Shown: positions 1 to 13,302, counted from the first letter of the stretch. The stretch: 64,000 bases of DNA from Octopus sinensis (GCF_006345805.1 NC_043006.1:2604001-2668000); one strand, 5' to 3'. The notes: generated by a model from the letters alone, not told the origin. Numbers and translations: made by a program.

Positions 1-487
1 TTTTTTTTTTCTGCTTGTGAACCAGAAACGTTTGTGTTCAGTGTGACAAAGGCTATTGTTAAAATCAAGTGCTGAGCTTATTTATGGTTTTCAAGGAACA
101 CAAGTCTGGACATGTGGCCTTTCTAAGGACTTTCTCCATTACATGCTGCGCTGTGTGTGTGTGTGTCTATACATATATATATGATAAAGACTATTCTGAT
201 TAAGTAGGAGATGTTTTCTATTTTGTTTTATTGGAATAGAACTTTGGCATGCTTTCCTGCTTTAATTAATTCAGACAAACACTATCAGCTAAATATCTAT
301 GAACTATATTTCGAAAATAATATTATGAAATGGTAAATTTAATCAGGAAACAAAAACTTATATTGCTTAATTATATTTTTTGTTATGAATTCAGTAAGTG
401 GTAATCATTTTGTTTTGTACTAATAGAAAATATTTAACATTGAACTTCAACCAATAAATTAATAGTAAAACTAATGAGCAACAGTCG

Positions 488-715
488 TTAACCCTTTAAC
501 ATTTTGATTTCTTTGTCAAATGTGTTGCTTATTTATTCACATTGTTTTAAACTAATCTCGCATTATTTTGTAGCATCAAGACTTCAATGCTGTGTTTGTA
601 TATTTTTAGAATGGCATTGTAGGGTAGGTGTGAGTGGTTGGATCCGGTCAGTTTTAACATAAAATAGTTAGAATATTTGGGCTGGATATGGTGAGATTAA
701 ATGCTAAAGAGTTAA
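488..715. mobile_element. piggyBac-type MITE (non-autonomous)
   Basis: Left end TTAACCCTTTAACATTT (488-504) and right end AAATGCTAAAGAGTTAA (699-715) are 17-nt inverted repeats with 2 mismatches, both ending in TTAA, the piggyBac target site. No coding capacity. Confidence 0.7.
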
Positions 716-789
716 GGTAGTCAACCCCAAAGCAATAAATTATCAGCTTTTGACTTTTGTTCATTAATACAAATGATACCTATAATGCT

Positions 790-1135
790 GAAGGTGCATG
801 GCTTCAGAATTAGTTAGAGTGTTGGGCTCACAATTATGTGGTAGTGAGTTCGATTCTCAGATCAGGTTGTGTGTTGTATTCTTGAGCAAGACACTTTATT
901 TCACATTGCTCCAGTCCACTCAGCTGTAGAAATGAGTCGTGACTTCAATGGTGCCAAGCTGTATCGACCTTTGTCTTTCCCTTGGATAACATCGGTGGCA
1001 TGGAGAGGGGTGGCTGGTATGCATGGCTGACTGCTGGTCTTCCATAAAACAACCTTGCCTGGACTTGTGCCTCAGAGCATAAATTTCTAGGTGCAATCCC
1101 ATGGTCATTCATGACTGAAAGGGATCTTTACCCTT
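790..1135 (+). mobile_element. tRNA-derived SINE, family C (core CTTGAGCAAGACACTTTATTTCACATTGCTCCAGTCCACTCAGCTG)
   Basis: Degenerate A/B-box head (gagttcgattc) followed by a conserved core. Homologous copy in reverse at ~43935-44290; ORFs 920..1108 and 43906..44154 share the peptide QLGTxxVTTHFYS. Confidence 0.75.
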
Positions 1136-1426
1136 AATACTGAACAAATTCTGTTTCTGTGTTGGTTCCTAAGGCATAGCATATTTCTCTGTTTGTCTCA
1201 ACCTGTCTTGTAGAGAGCAGTTATTAATTTCACTTCACCTGAGTTCTTTGCAATAGAAAGCCAGATACTTGTAGCAAAAATTAACAGTTGTCTAGATATA
1301 ATGTTTTTTTTCTCTTCAATATGTTATCTTGGAACAGTTGATTAAAGCAATGGAAAAATAAATTACATGCATTGTATATCTAAATCTATCTGTTTATGTA
1401 TATGTCTCTTGGTCTGTATGTGTGTG

Positions 1427-1428
1427 TA

Positions 1429-1492
<64 letters not shown>

Positions 1493-1551
1493 AACCTGTG
1501 CTAGCATGGAAAACGGACGTTAAACGATGATGATGATAATGATATATATAT

Positions 1552-1608
<57 letters not shown>

Positions 1609-1702
1609 AAATATGTATGTATATATATGTGTGAGTGTGTACATGCACACATATATGTATATATATATATGTGTGTACCACACACACACACACACACACA
1701 CA
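1427..1702. repeat. Compound (TA)n/(CA)n microsatellite enclosing a very short RTE 3'-end copy (1491-1540)
   Basis: Direct inspection. Embedded CCAACCTGTGCTAGCATGGAAAACGGACGTTAAACGATGATGAT matches the RTE terminus at 30231-30290. Confidence 0.9.
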
Positions 1703-2371
1703 TTGCCTGTAGGCTATGTAACAGCCCTAAAATCTATTTGAACATACTTGAAACTTGCCTCTTTTGTAGGTTTCACTTCAAAAGCTAACTGTCAAAATGT
1801 GGGTTGAGGGAACGTAGCTTCTTAAGTGCCAGTATTGAGAAGAACTGTTTATAATCATTTATGCTCTTAAGAAAATATTGTAATTACACTGAATTTGTTT
1901 GAGTTAAGTAAGTTTCTTTTCAATAGAGTTCTTTTGCTCTATCTTGAACATGTGCTAATTTATACCTTCACATTGGATCTGGCCTATATTTCTTTGGCTT
2001 TTTACCCATAAACCGTCATGCTCTCTCTCTCTCTACAAGGACTCAATATAGTCCTAACTTGTTTATGTTGGCAAAGATATCAGAAAGATAAAAGCTTAAT
2101 CTTATGACAATTGAATAAGCACTCGCTGTCCTTTCTAAATGTTAGCTCTATAAATATGGATTGCTCAGAGAATTACAGCATTGTTAAGTGAGAATTTTGC
2201 ATTTATCTTTGTACATCTCTCTTTGTGCTACACTTTAAATGAAGGATATCTCATATGACAAAACTTAGAGTATACTGCTTTGATGTAGCATTAAAATATT
2301 ATTATTATTATTACAATTACTATTATCATTATCATTATTGTTGTTGTTGTTGTTGTTAATATTCTTTTTAG

Positions 2372-2410
2372 CTCAGCTTTTGTTGGAACTCGTGGAGTCT
2401 TTCATGCCTA
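2372..2410 (+). CDS. Weak candidate internal exon (39 nt) of unidentified host gene
   Basis: ttctttttag acceptor and gtgagc donor. All three frames are open (LSFCWNSWSLSCL / SAFVGTRGVFHA / QLLLELVESFMP), so the frame is unresolved. Confidence 0.25.
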
Positions 2411-2496
2411 GTGAGCTTGCTGCCTGCAGCCTACCGTACCATGCTATCTGTTCTGTTCAACTATCTAATACTTTTCTGTATTATTACTATTATTAA

Positions 2497-2830
2497 CTGG
2501 CACATAAGAAGCACCTTTTGAGTGTTGGGCTCCATGGAGACAATGTAGCTGATATCAATGTTGCATAACTAGCACCTGTGCCAGTGGCACATAAAAAGCA
2601 CCCTTCGAGTGTTGGGCCTCACACAGAGGCAATGACAAATGACCAAGACCTTTGGCAATATGCTGTGCTCGAGAAGAAGACCCATCAAGCCAAGTGAAAT
2701 CATAGTCATGGCAGATACTGGTGTCACGCAACTGGCACCCATGCTGGTGGCACGTAAAAGCACTTATTACACTCTTGGAGTGGTTGGCATTAGGAAGGGC
2801 ATCCAACTGTAGAAACCATGCCAAATCAGA
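2497..2830 (+). mobile_element. RTE 3'-UTR-derived fragment
   Basis: Contains GGTGGCAC(A/G)TAAAA(A)GCAC modules and GGAGTGGTTGGCATTAGGAAGGGCATCCA, as in the 3' UTR of the RTE at 30231-30700. Confidence 0.8.
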
Positions 2831-2869
2831 TAGTAGATGCTGCTTCTGTCAGAAATACTCATTTTGTCC

Positions 2870-3230
2870 ATCCTTATGTCCTGAGTTCAAATTCTGCTGA
2901 GATTGACTTTGCTTTTCATCCATTTGTAGTTGATAAGCACTGATGAAATTGACTTACCTCTCCCGCTAAGATTTTAGGCCTTGTACCTATAGTACAAAGG
3001 TTTATTTTTGTTATTAAAGCTAATGAGCTGGCAGAATCGTTAGCCTGCTGGGAAAAATGCTTAGTGTTATTTTGTCTGTCTTCATGTTCTGAGTTCAAAT
3101 TCTGCCAAGGTTGACTTTGCCTTTCATTTTTTTGTGTCAATAAAATTAGTACCAGTTGAACACAGGGTCCTTGTAACTGACTTACCCCTTTCCCTTAACT
3201 TGTTGGCTTTGTGCCAAAATTTGAACCATC
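2870..3230 (+). mobile_element. Two adjacent tRNA-derived SINEs, family B (GGCGGTGAGCTGGCAGAATCGTTAGC head)
   Basis: CTGAGTTCAAATTC B-box, GACTTTGCCTTTCAT core and GACTTACCC...CCTTGT tail, shared with more than 12 other copies in the window. Confidence 0.8.
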
Positions 3231-3231
3231 A

Positions 3232-3267
<36 letters not shown>

Positions 3268-4438
3268 GCAGTGTTACATTTCTAAAGCCTACATCTTTGC
3301 TTGGTGAACAAATTTTGCTGTTAATCCTCTCCAAGTTGCACTTGACGCCTGCAGGTTTCAAAAAGAGTAGATGAAGAAGACACTGTGAGAGGTGCCAACC
3401 ATTTCCAACAGTTGCAACCAGTGGAGAAAGCTTGGATTTCTGATCATCACACTGACACCATTAATTCCTCTTCCCCTATTTTTCAATGTTTATGAATAAA
3501 AGGATTGAGGATGGCGTAGTGTAATCAGAAAGGGAATGGATTCTCGTCTGAATACCTCTGGGCAAGAAATTTAGTGACATAATAGAGGCAGATCCCGAGA
3601 ACGATAAAATAAGAGACTCTAACCAAAAGATTCCTGGGTCCTCATTGTTATGACTTCTATAGTCAATAGATATAAGTGAAACATTAATGGGATTCCCTGC
3701 TGGATCTCATCTAAGAAGACACACGATAAGTTTGGATTGCGCTCAGACAATTTAAAATCTATGTGTGTATGTATGTGTGTCTTTATTTTATTGTTAGAAA
3801 TTATTCTGCATATAATGTGTGTGTACGTTTGACTGTACACACACACACACACACACACACAAATGCATACATATCTTCTACAATTACACTTACACTCACA
3901 TAGCCATACACATGCATGCACACCAATACACACTGAAGCAAATTTAGAGCCTTATAGTTCATGAATCACAATGCTCCATTGACATTATTTAACTCTGGTT
4001 TCTGTAGCATCAATCAGATGAGAGACACATCTCCTGGATAGGATGGTAGTCTATAGTGAGTATTTCTGACAGAAGCTGGAGGTGCTTATTATTTTCTCAT
4101 ATGTCTTGAACTAAAACACTTACACTGGTCTTCTCCAGATATTCAGCAAAACACCTGCATTTATAGTCCTTTAACCTGTGTACTCAGTCATTTTTGCCTC
4201 CTTTAAATAAATGTATTTGTGTGTGTGTGTGTGTGTGTGTGCTTGCGTGCTCAAAGTTAAAAAACAGTAGCATAGTATTTGAAGTACTGAAATAGAATTT
4301 GTAGCTATTTTATTTCATGGTAACTAAAATGGGGGAATCGGAGCATCCAGAGAACCGTAGCAAATGTAAATATTTTATTTGATCTACTTGTTTGCATATC
4401 CACATTCATTCATATAAGAATGAATATATATGTCTGTA

Positions 4439-4482
<44 letters not shown>

Positions 4483-4591
4483 TGCACACACACACACACA
4501 CACATGCACACACACAAATATTTGCTGTATGTCTGTCTCTCATTTTCTGTGTGTGTGTATGTGTATGAGTGTATGTATGTATGTATGTATG

Positions 4592-4625
<34 letters not shown>

Positions 4626-5582
4626 TGTATACATACATATGTATGTATCTTTCTGTCTATTTCTCTATAGATGTGTGTGTATATATATGTACATATACAT
4701 ACATATGTATGTATATACCTCTCTATCTCTCTATAGATGTGTGCATGTATATATATATATATATTTGTCTTTCTGTGTATTGTATGTATGTTTATGCATG
4801 TGTGTGAGAGTATCTATATATATATATGTATATATACTCACACACACACACACATATATGCATACATTATACAGAAAGAGAAAGAGTGGGAGACTTGTTC
4901 CATTTCTGTAGAAGATCTCGTCCTACCTTTTATCATAATCAAACTTTTAGTTTCTCAACTGCACACAACACTAAATACCTACATTCTATGATATTCTAGA
5001 AGATTGGAGACACTTGTACTCTCTCTAGTTCCAATAAGTACATTTATATATAAACATAGCAATCTGCATATTAATTGAATCTTTGAACCAGACACTTGCA
5101 CTCTATCGTCAGTAAGTACCTTTCTATATAAACATACCAATCTGCATATTAAGTGAATCTCTCTTTACACCATTAGTTTGACTCTGTGGCACACAGCTAA
5201 ATAGCTTTAATTCTGTACTAATGTAACACTTTTATATATAGTTTCTACTTTATATATAAATATTGGCAGCAAGATTCAAAGTCTTTTTCTCTAATTCCTC
5301 CTCTCTGTCTCTATTCCATTCTAATGCTGCTCTGCTCTAATTATTGTTTCCTGTTTCTCTTAACCCTTTCTGGTTCCTCCTCTTCTCACCATCTTGCTCC
5401 ATCTCTTCCTCTTACTATGCAGTCTCCTGTTAAACATGAACAGCAGACAAATAGAACATTCAAACTCACTAAAAATAGTGAGAATCTTTTCTGATGAATG
5501 CACATCCTCAACATAGCAAAGACTATGTCTCAAAGACTGGTTACCTGGTTACTCTCTTCAGGGCCGGAAAATACCTTGTCAT

Positions 5583-5897
5583 TTGTTGTTGTTGTTGTTT
5601 GTTCCTTCTTGAGCCACACCTGGCTCATAGCACTGGTTTCCCTGTTTCCTTGGCGTATAGGTTCCCCACCTGGACAGGATGCTGGTCTGTCACAGGTGAG
5701 CTGCAAGATGCAGGAGGAAAGAGTGAGAGAAAGTTGTGGTGAAAGAGGCAGCAGAAGTTCACCATTACCTTCTGCCGGAGCCGCGTGGAGCTTAGGTGTT
5801 TCGCTCATAAACGCACATATCACCCAGTCTGAGATTCGAACCCACGATCCCTTGACTGCGAGTCTGCTGCTCTAACCACTAGGTCATGTGCCTCCAC
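5583..5897 (-). mobile_element. tRNA-derived SINE with well-preserved tRNA-like head and (CAA)n tail
   Basis: Minus strand reads GGAGGCACATGACCTAGTGGTTAGAGCAGCAGACTCGCAGTCAAGGGATCGTGGGTTCGAATCTCAG (A box and B box), then a unique body and an ACAACAACAAC tail. No pairable acceptor stem, so not called as a tRNA gene. Confidence 0.8.
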
Positions 5898-6169
5898 ACC
5901 TTGTCATTTAACAACTACTGATGCCTTAAAGCTCAAATCAGACTCACAATGCAGTACTGCTTCTACATCTGGATGGGGTCACTACCACACATATGCAGAC
6001 ACGCTAGACAGCAGCCAAAGAGGAGGACTAAATGGCAATGGAGTCACTTACCAATACATTGAAACCTCTGGTTCACAAACATGCACACACCTCTTTCTGC
6101 CTTTTCTACTTCTACAGTGATCTCCAATCTCTAGCCCTGGTTAGTCTATGTGACCTCTGCTCAAGCACT

Positions 6170-6225
6170 TGTGACCCATACTGTGACCCATACTGTGACC
6201 CATACTGTGACCCATACTGTGACCA
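6170..6225. repeat. 12-bp minisatellite (TGTGACCCATAC) x4 plus a partial copy
   Basis: Perfect tandem copies; they produce the CDPY repeat in ORF 6032..6277. Confidence 0.95.
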
Positions 6226-7086
6226 TTCTCCTCTCCTCCACCACATTATCCAGTCATTCCCTCCCTGCATCTGCTGACTTGTAATAGTTCAAGAAGAATG
6301 ATAACATCGTCAAACCCAGTCATGGACTTGCCAGCTGTTGGAGGAGAATTTGAAGCTTGTTGATCTGACTGGTTTTTGAGGGTCTTCTAAGGCCATGGCC
6401 ACAGCCCGTAGTGCCAGACCAATTAAATAGACAACTAAGTAAAAATCTGTTCTCAAATATTCTGCTATGATTTCCTCTACATGAAGGAACTGAAAATAGA
6501 GATAAAAAGAATTTTCTTCTGATCACCATGATCCTAATTTACACTATGATACAATCTTGGTGCCATAGTTAAACTTCTTTATATTATTGGAATTCCTTGG
6601 CTGATTCTTTCCGAATCACCTATTGATGTTAGTTACGTAGTTTCCAGTCATCAGTAAAAATTGTGTTACTAATTTATTTGTACTATACTTCTTTTTTGTT
6701 AAGGAATCACTGAAAATTTTCTTCCAGTATATGAAGTGCCATGACAAATTACCTTTATGTCCATTGAAAATGCCATGGGAATCTTTATTCAAAAGAATGT
6801 TTGATTTTTTTCTTTTCTTTCTTTCTTTCTTTCTTTGTGTGGATTATCTGACACTTAGAGACGTTTAATACAACTATTAGCTGTTTCCAAGTGTGAAATA
6901 TTTGAGAAATTTTCCTCCTCCCCTGATTGAGACAATGGTATCTCTAAGCCACATAATTTGTAGCTTCTCATCCTATTGTTTCTTTTGTTCCTTGCACTAA
7001 TAGGCTTTTTGTTATTTTTGTTATTAAAAATATACTCAAACTTTATAAAAAGTATTTGTTATTTTTTTTTAAAGGATATTATAGCT

Positions 7087-7420
7087 GCAGGCATGGCTGC
7101 ATGGTTAAGAAGCTTGCTCCCCAACTCTGTGGTCTTGGGTTCAGTTCCACTGCATGGCACCTTGGGCAAGTGTTTTCTTCTATATAGCCTTGGGCTGACC
7201 AAAGACTTGTAAGTGGATTTGGTTCATGGAAACTGAAACCAGCCTGTAGTGTGGGTGTGTATGTGTGTGTGTACCCTTCTCTAGACATCACATGATGGTT
7301 GTCATACAAGCTAGGTTGTTTGTTTCCAAACAAAAAATGTTCAGGTATGGGAAAATAATACCTTATTTGGAAACAAGTGAGGGTTGATGACAGGAAGGGC
7401 ATCTGGTTGACAAATTTCAT
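7087..7420 (+). mobile_element. tRNA-derived SINE, family A head with RTE-like tail
   Basis: GGCATGGCTGCATGGTTAAGAAGCTTGC...GGCACCTTGGGCAAGTG...GACCAAAGACTTGTAAGTGGATTTGG, ending AGGAAGGGCATCTGG. Confidence 0.75.
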
Positions 7421-7696
7421 TTAACATGGAAAAGTAGACATTAGATTGTGATGGAAAAATGATGATTTATATTGTAGAAAAATGTATAGGAATTAATTAC
7501 CTCTTGCCCATTAAGATGTGCTAACCTTTTTCTCCACACCTAAAAATGTCTTAACTATAAGGCTAAATTCCTTATTAATTTTACTTTATTCTTCCATCCC
7601 TCAATATACCTGGATCAAGGTTGAATTTTGTTTTTGAACTTTCTGATAAAATGATAGTCATTCTAACATCAAACTTGAGATTTTTTCATTGTTCAG

Positions 7697-7772
7697 CAAA
7701 GTATTATTGTCATACTATAAAACATTATTTCAAATACTTTCTCAATACAGTATTTCTATATGTCCTTGGGTA
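7697..7772 (+). CDS. Candidate internal exon (76 nt; KVLLSYYKTLFQILSQYSISICPWV)
   Basis: ttttttcattgttcag acceptor, GTA|gtaagt donor, open in the phase 2 to phase 0 frame. Very AT-rich, so could be chance. Confidence 0.3.
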
Positions 7773-7784
7773 GTAAGTGAAAGT

Positions 7785-8636
7785 GTGGTTGTGTGGTAAG
7801 ACACTTGCTTGCCAGCCCCACATGGTTTCAGGTTCAGCCCTACTTCATAGCACCTTGGACAAGTGTCTTCTACTATAATCTTGTGCTGACCAAAGACTTG
7901 TGGGTGGATTTAGTCCCTGGAAACTGAAAGAAGCCTACCATCATCATCATCATCATCATCACCTCCATCATCATTTAACGTCCATTGTCCATGCTGGGAT
8001 GGGTTGGATGGTTTGATCAGAATTGGCATGCTGGAGAGCTGCATCAGACCCCAGTCTGTTGTGGCCTGGTTTCTACAGCTGGATGCCTTTCCTAATGCCA
8101 ACCACTTTACAGAGTGTGGTGGATGCTTTTATGTGGCATTGCACAGGTGTTCTTACATGGTACTGCACAGGTGTTCTTACGTGGTACTGCACAGGTGTTC
8201 TTACATGGTACTGCACAGGCACTTTTATGTGGCACTGCCATGAGTGCTTTTCACCACTAGAGGGACGGTCTTAACACTTCTGTTGTAGAGCTTGGGTGTC
8301 TTTGAGTACATCCCGGAGGGCGTCAGGCATCTCAGCCCTTTGTCATCTCGCCTGAAAGGTTCAGCATCTTGAGGTCGTTATATATATATATGTATATAGC
8401 TATGTGCATGTAGCTTTGTGTCTGTGTTGTCTCTCCCCCCCACCTCCACTTGACAGCTGGTGTTGGTGTGTTTACATTCCTGTGACTTAGCTCTTTGGCA
8501 AAAGAGAGTAATAGAATAAGTACCAGGCTTAAAAATATATAATGCTGGTGCCAGTTCATTTGACTAAAAATTCCTCCAGGCAGTGCCCCAACATTACTGC
8601 AGAACAATGACTGGAACAAGTAAAAGGTAAAGATAA
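7785..8636 (+). mobile_element. Family A SINE interrupted by a nested RTE 3'-end copy (~7937-8380, minus)
   Basis: SINE head (7785-7935) and SINE tail (8410-8636) flank an ATCATC...CCATGCTGGGATGGGTTGG...CTACAGCTGGATGCC RTE-tail segment. Confidence 0.8.
8141..8219. repeat. 24-bp tandem repeat (GCACAGGTGTTCTTAC[A/G]TGGTACT) x3 inside an RTE-tail copy
   Basis: Direct inspection; the unit is a variant of the RTE 3'-UTR module. Confidence 0.9.
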
Positions 8637-9389
8637 AAGATATCGCCTGATTTAATACCCCCCCCCCCACCTGGCACATTGGGTAGCTTTGACAGAGTCT
8701 ACTCTGTTGCAATTATTCAGAGCCTCAGGGGGGGGGCAGATCTCTGGTTTGAGGTCACCCTTGTCCGTCCCTCTCTTTTTTCCTGCTACCAGTTTTTACA
8801 GTCTTGTAATGGGATCTGGGCATTGCTCTTCCGTCCTAGCTAATAGATAAAAATAAAGTTCCGTAACAACATTGTTTAATGCCAGTACAAATGTTTTGGA
8901 TGCTTGGTTATTGTTAGAATGGATGCCTTTTAATTTTTCGCTTATGAAGTAAATAATTCTACCATAAAAGCAATGATGTGTGAATAGTCATCTTGAGATA
9001 TATATTGTAATATATATTGTTTAATCTTCATAGAATGTTTTTCATACAACAATCACAGCAATACAAAGAAGTACTTAATATTTTAACTGACTTTTATTAA
9101 GCAAATAATATGACATCAGGATGTAATATTGTTCTGTTTTGTATTTCTTATTTGCTTTATTAAACTTATTGATATCCAAGGAACTTTCCCATGACTCTTC
9201 CAATAATACCATCTTAAATAGCTTCCTCTTTATGTCAAGCAACAGCTCATTAAAGGGTAGAATAGCATTTATTGGATTAATTTTTGAACATTAAATGCAT
9301 TTCTCTGTCCCAAGACTATGTACGAGATATCAAATGCTTGATTTTTAAAATTTAGTTTACTTTTTAAAAATCTCCTTGAAGAATTGTGT

Positions 9390-9570
9390 TCATATTTTGG
9401 CACAAGGCCAGCAATTTTGGGGTTGGGGCTATGTTGATTACATCAGTCCCAGTACTCGACTGGTACTTGTTTTATCAACTCCAAAAGGATGAAAGACAAA
9501 ATCAAGTCCAGTGGCATTTGAACTCAGAATGTAAAGTTGGAAGAAATGTTGCAAATCTCCTCAAAGTATT
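9390..9570 (-). mobile_element. SINE family B
   Basis: Reverse complement of the family B core (CTGGTACTT...AAAGGATGAAAG...GAACTCAGAA). Confidence 0.75.
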
Positions 9571-10074
9571 AAACCATTGTATTGCAACCATTAATTTAAA
9601 AGTGACAGCACTTTCCCTTTTTGATATATGTCTTTAAATGTACTGTTATGGGTATCATAAGTGTAGAATGGAATGCTTTATAATTGTAATTGCACTAAAT
9701 TGGAAAATTAAAACTGATGTTCTGTTAGATAAATTTAAATAGAGTTGATTTATGCGTATGTGTGTGTGTGAATGATAGATAGATAAGTAGAAAGAAAGAG
9801 GTGGGGAGAGAGAAGAAGAAGAGAGAAGTGAGATGAGAAGAAAAATCACATGTGGAAAGTAGTATAGTCAAACATTGTTTTTGTTAGTAAGTTAAAGTTT
9901 GTTTTATAAAAATGAAATGTAGGGAAGCATTTGGTGTTGGTAGATTATCTGAGTAAAATCTGGTTGTGAAGTATTAATACTGAAAACGAAGGAAAAGTAG
10001 GAGGATAGCAATCCTGACCCTGGAAGACAAAAAGGCTCCTGTCACTTATTGCTGATATGAATGTAGGATTTCGT

Positions 10075-10310
10075 ATTTCTTTATTGCCCACAAGGGACTA
10101 AACACAGAGGGGACAAACAAGGACAGACAAAGGGATTAAGTCGATTACATCGACCCCAGTGCATAACTGGTACTTAATTTATCGACCCCGAAAGGATGAA
10201 AGGCTAAGTCGACCTCGGCGGGATTTGAACTCGGAATGTAACAGCAGACGAAATACGGCTCCGCATTTTGCCCAGCGTGCTAATAATGTTTCTGCCAGCT
10301 TCCTGCCTTT
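10075..10310 (-). mobile_element. SINE family B, young CpG-rich copy
   Basis: GTCGATTACATCGACCCCAGTGCATAACTGGTACTTAATTTATCGACCCCGAAAGGATGAAAGGCTAAGTCGACCTCGGCGGGATTTGAACTC; CpGs are retained. Confidence 0.85.
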
Positions 10311-11130
10311 ATGAATGTAGGATTTCTGTTTGGTCAAAGTATAATTACCATTCATGGAAGGTAATATGCAAAAATAGACTTTTACTTTAGATGCTGATCA
10401 CTCAAGAACCGGATGATTGGATAATATCCATAGTTTCAGTTGGTCATGCTTGGCAATCCTGCTGGAAAGTATAATGTTGGTTGCTCTTGGTAGGACCCTA
10501 TAGAGGAGGTGCCAAGGGAGTCTAGTCCCTGACCTACCCAGAAATAGTGGGCGGAGAAGATGGCTGGACGGCTGATGACATCATCCATACTTTTCTAATC
10601 TCATGACTCTATCTCATGAAGACTCAAAACCTGTTTCTACACCTACTTACCTTTTTGTTTTTCTATTTATCAAACTATTCTGTGACGTTTTACCACCAAT
10701 TTCATCTTTTCTCACACATTTTAAAAATATTTTTTAGTCCTAATTTCAGCTTTCTACTACATTTTTATTCTTTTTATTATTCCTCAATAAAGGGTCTCAG
10801 TCCAAAATTTTTCAGTTACTCTCCCCTTAAGGCACACAACCTTATTTCATTTTGTGAACTTTATGGAAATGATTTTAAAATTTTTTATCAATACAGGTCA
10901 TCCATAGTTTCTAATCTTTTACTCGGTTTTTCTTTGCTCTGTCAGTTTTATTCTTAAAAACTTTGAAAAAATTTTTAATATTAAAGAATAGTTGTCACAA
11001 TATTTTGAACATAAGAAAATAGCATTGTTCTGTCGTTTTAATTAAACAGTTTGGAGATAATAATAGAAATGTCCATTGTGAGATATAAGGTCTGAATATT
11101 AATTTTGTTGTTTTTTTCAATGAACTGGAA

Positions 11131-11285
11131 TAGTGCTCCACAACTTTTTTTCATTTGTGGCACACCTGAACTAAAAATATAACTAAAACTATGGGGAAAA
11201 AAATTATATTCAGGTTACGCTGCAGCATACCCAGCATCGTCTTGTGCAACGCTAGTGTACCACAGCATACCGGTTGCGGAATAAC
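11131..11285. mobile_element. Possible degenerate hAT-type MITE
   Basis: TAGTGCTCCACAAC...GTTGCGGAATAACA are imperfect terminal inverted repeats (9/14), with an internal GTGGCACACC typical of Charlie/hAT-like MITE ends (recalled). Confidence 0.3.
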
Positions 11286-11559
11286 AACACACTTCCTCTG
11301 ATTTCCTGCTTGTGGGTCCCAATATAAACTCTTTGTTTGTCACATCAACTTCTTTTCTGGAAGTAAAGGTTATTATTTTTTTAGTGTAAAGGAAAAGGAT
11401 GTATTCAATCTGCTGAAATCTTATATATTATGGTACATGGCTTTTGGATTTCAAACCCATTTACAGCATTCTTGGCTGCAATAAGATTTGCATACCAAAC
11501 TTTTAACTAACATGAGCATTGTCCAGTTGTGACCTTTTTGTCCCTTGAAGGGCCTATTC

Positions 11560-12215
11560 AACTTATAACTTGTATTGGTTTCAAATTTTGGCACAAGGCC
11601 AGCAAGCTTGGTGGTAGTGGGTAAGTTGATTACGTTGACCCCAGGACACAACTGGTACTTAATTTATTGACCCCGAAAGGATGAAAGGCTGAGTTGACTT
11701 TGGCAGAATTTGAACTCAGAACGTAAGGATGGATGAAATGCTGCTAAGCATTTGGCCCAGTCTGCTAAAGCTCACCACTTCAACTTATATTGACTCTGTA
11801 CACACGAAAAATATACATTGGCGCTAAAACATTCTTATTCTTTTACCTTTTATCTCTTACTTGTTTCAGTCATTTGACTGCGGCCATGCTGGGGTACTGC
11901 CTTGAATTTTTAGTCGAGTGAATCGATCCCAGTACTTATTTTTAAAGCCTGGTACTTATTCTATCAGTCTCTTTTGCCGAACTGCTAAGTTATGGGGGAC
12001 GTAAACACACCCACACCAGTCGTTGGGCAGTGAGGGGGAGGGGACAAACACAGACACAAAGACACACACACACACACGTGCACAACAGGCTTCTTTCAAT
12101 TTCTGTCTACCATATCCATTCACAAGGTTTTGGTTGGCCCAAGACTATAGTAGAAGACACTTGCCCAAGGTGCCATGCAGTGGTTGGGAATACAAGCTTC
12201 TTATCACACAGCCAC
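11560..12215 (-). mobile_element. SINE family B (11560-11780) and SINE family A (11855-12215)
   Basis: Reverse complements of the family B and family A consensus segments seen elsewhere in the window. Confidence 0.8.
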
Positions 12216-12939
12216 ACCTGCGCCTTTTGCTTAATGCTTCGAAATCGCCACTCTTAGAGTTTCTATTTAAAATCTCTTCTTATTTTAAGCCAATTATTTA
12301 TGGAAAGATATGCTTATTCATTGATTTGTAAAACTATAGGGAGAAACTGGCTGTGAATTAAGAAATATCTGGACCCAGGGGGAATAAATCTTAAAGATAA
12401 ATATTCATAAATAGTTATGTCCTAAAGAGAAAGAGTTGTTAGAGTAGAAAAGGTGTTGGTAGAAATGGGATTAAGAGCAGCCAATAATGATGTAGGAGAT
12501 GATACCTTAATCAAGATTAACTCGATGGAAATGGTGTCCTTTAAAATTCCTTGTTATCTGAAACAACAGCGGAATTGTTTTACCAAGTGCAAAGCAATTC
12601 TCACAGAGAGCACATAAGACGGACGAGTAAAAAGGTCTTAGAATAATAAATATATCAATAAATGTAATAGTAGATATATTATTTTCTGAGGGATTTTTTT
12701 TATTGAAATTCGATTGATGTATTGTTATTAGGTTGTGTTGGAGATAAAAAGAAAATCTTTAGATGATCTACTCATATCAAACAAGTTAGGGATTTTGCTG
12801 TCATTGGAAGTTCCATCATTTCTTCACTGTTCTTGATTGATAAAGCCTGATTTAGCTGATACAGTATTAGACTCTTGTGGAAGGTAGCTAATGAAATACA
12901 AGAGGAATCAAAAAGTAAGCCAGCTTTTGTTAACAAGGA

Positions 12940-12966
12940 GTACATACATATAACATACATACATAC

Positions 12967-13021
<55 letters not shown>

Positions 13022-13270
13022 TGTATGTACATATGTATATATATATATGTATGTATATATGTATATATGCATAATACATACATACATATATATATGTATA
13101 TATATATATACACTTACATACACACACACATATATATACACATATATATTTATATATATATATATACACATACATTTATTCATATATATGCATATATGCA
13201 TTGATGCATATACATACACCCATATTTATACATACACACACTCACATGTACACACGCATGTGTGTGTGTT

Positions 13271-13301
<31 letters not shown>

Positions 13302-13302
13302 G
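12940..13302. repeat. Long compound (TA)n/(TACA)n/(TG)n microsatellite
   Basis: Direct inspection; source of the YI/CV-repeat pseudo-ORFs. Confidence 0.95.

Noticed and set aside
1386-4991. ORFs rich in YI/CV/HT repeats (also 12772-13352, 26766-27218, 38874-39300)
   Set aside because: They are translations of TA/CA/TG/GA microsatellites and have no coding signature.
5825-5897. Possible tRNA gene (anticodon-like CGC)
   Set aside because: A and B boxes are present but the acceptor stem does not pair, and the sequence continues into a SINE body and tail.
6032-6277. ORF with CDPY repeats suggesting a metal-binding protein
   Set aside because: The repeats come from a perfect 12-bp minisatellite with no synonymous variation, and there is no splice or homology support.
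12310-12660. A-rich decayed frame containing IGRNWL (retroviral protease-like); similar texture at 19560-20180
   Set aside because: There is no DTG/DSG catalytic motif or other LTR-element hallmark nearby.
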